From the NCBI GenBank assembly GCA_964252035.1, contig OZ176211.1: a DNA stretch of 64,000 nucleotides, one strand, 5' to 3'. The position numbers and the translations under genes were made by a program. The notes beneath the pieces are model-generated. The model did not search any database and was not told where the DNA came from. It worked only from the letters and a program-made list of their open reading frames with translations. Position 1 is the first letter of the stretch, and each line of letters starts with the position of its first letter. Source of the stretch: Podarcis erhardii. Its lineage: Eukaryota. Of the stretch, positions 63,640-64,000 are shown one piece after another.

Positions 63640-64000
63640 CTGTAGAGAAACAGAGCACTTGGGGAAGTGGGTAAAGAGGCCTAACACTCGTACCTTCAAG
63701 AAGCATTTTTTTAAAAAAAGGAAAAATCAGCCCAGAATGATTAGATAAAAAGCAAGTCCAAAGGCTCCTGTCTAATGAATATGGAAAAACTGCACCTCTT
63801 CCTGAAAACATTCTATTTTGGTAGCGAGCCTCAGCAAATTTTTATTCATAGCATCGCTTTCAATTTGGCGCTTATGGGTTTTGAGGAGATCAGTTAGCAT
63901 TTACTGGTGTCCAGCGTAGATTATCATGTGAACATAGGAAGCTGCCTTATACAGAATCAGAATATAGAATCGTAGAACTGGAAGGGATCACGAGGGTCAT

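Overview
Eukaryotic, repeat-rich vertebrate DNA. Sauria-type SINEs and L1, L2, CR1, RTE, Penelope, hAT and Tc1/pogo remnants point to a squamate, probably a lacertid lizard (inference). The one firmly identifiable gene is microRNA mir-138-1 on the minus strand (13342-13403), with an intact mature sequence and both Drosha-enhancing motifs. The window also holds a 5'-truncated, frameshifted processed pseudogene of CACYBP (~27219-27890). Four TSD-bounded L1 insertions lie on the + strand, one with an open 451-codon ORF2 C-terminus about 120 bp from the miRNA hairpin. A phase-compatible chain of three minus-strand exons at the right end (59576-63639) encodes a C-terminus I do not recognise. There is also a perfect 146-bp loopless Penelope-derived palindrome and several repeat-free, motif-rich blocks that may be enhancers. 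Most ORFs in the supplied track are chance frames or transposon fragments. No CRISPR array, rRNA gene or true tRNA gene was found. Repeat family names come from recalled consensus features, not from a database search.
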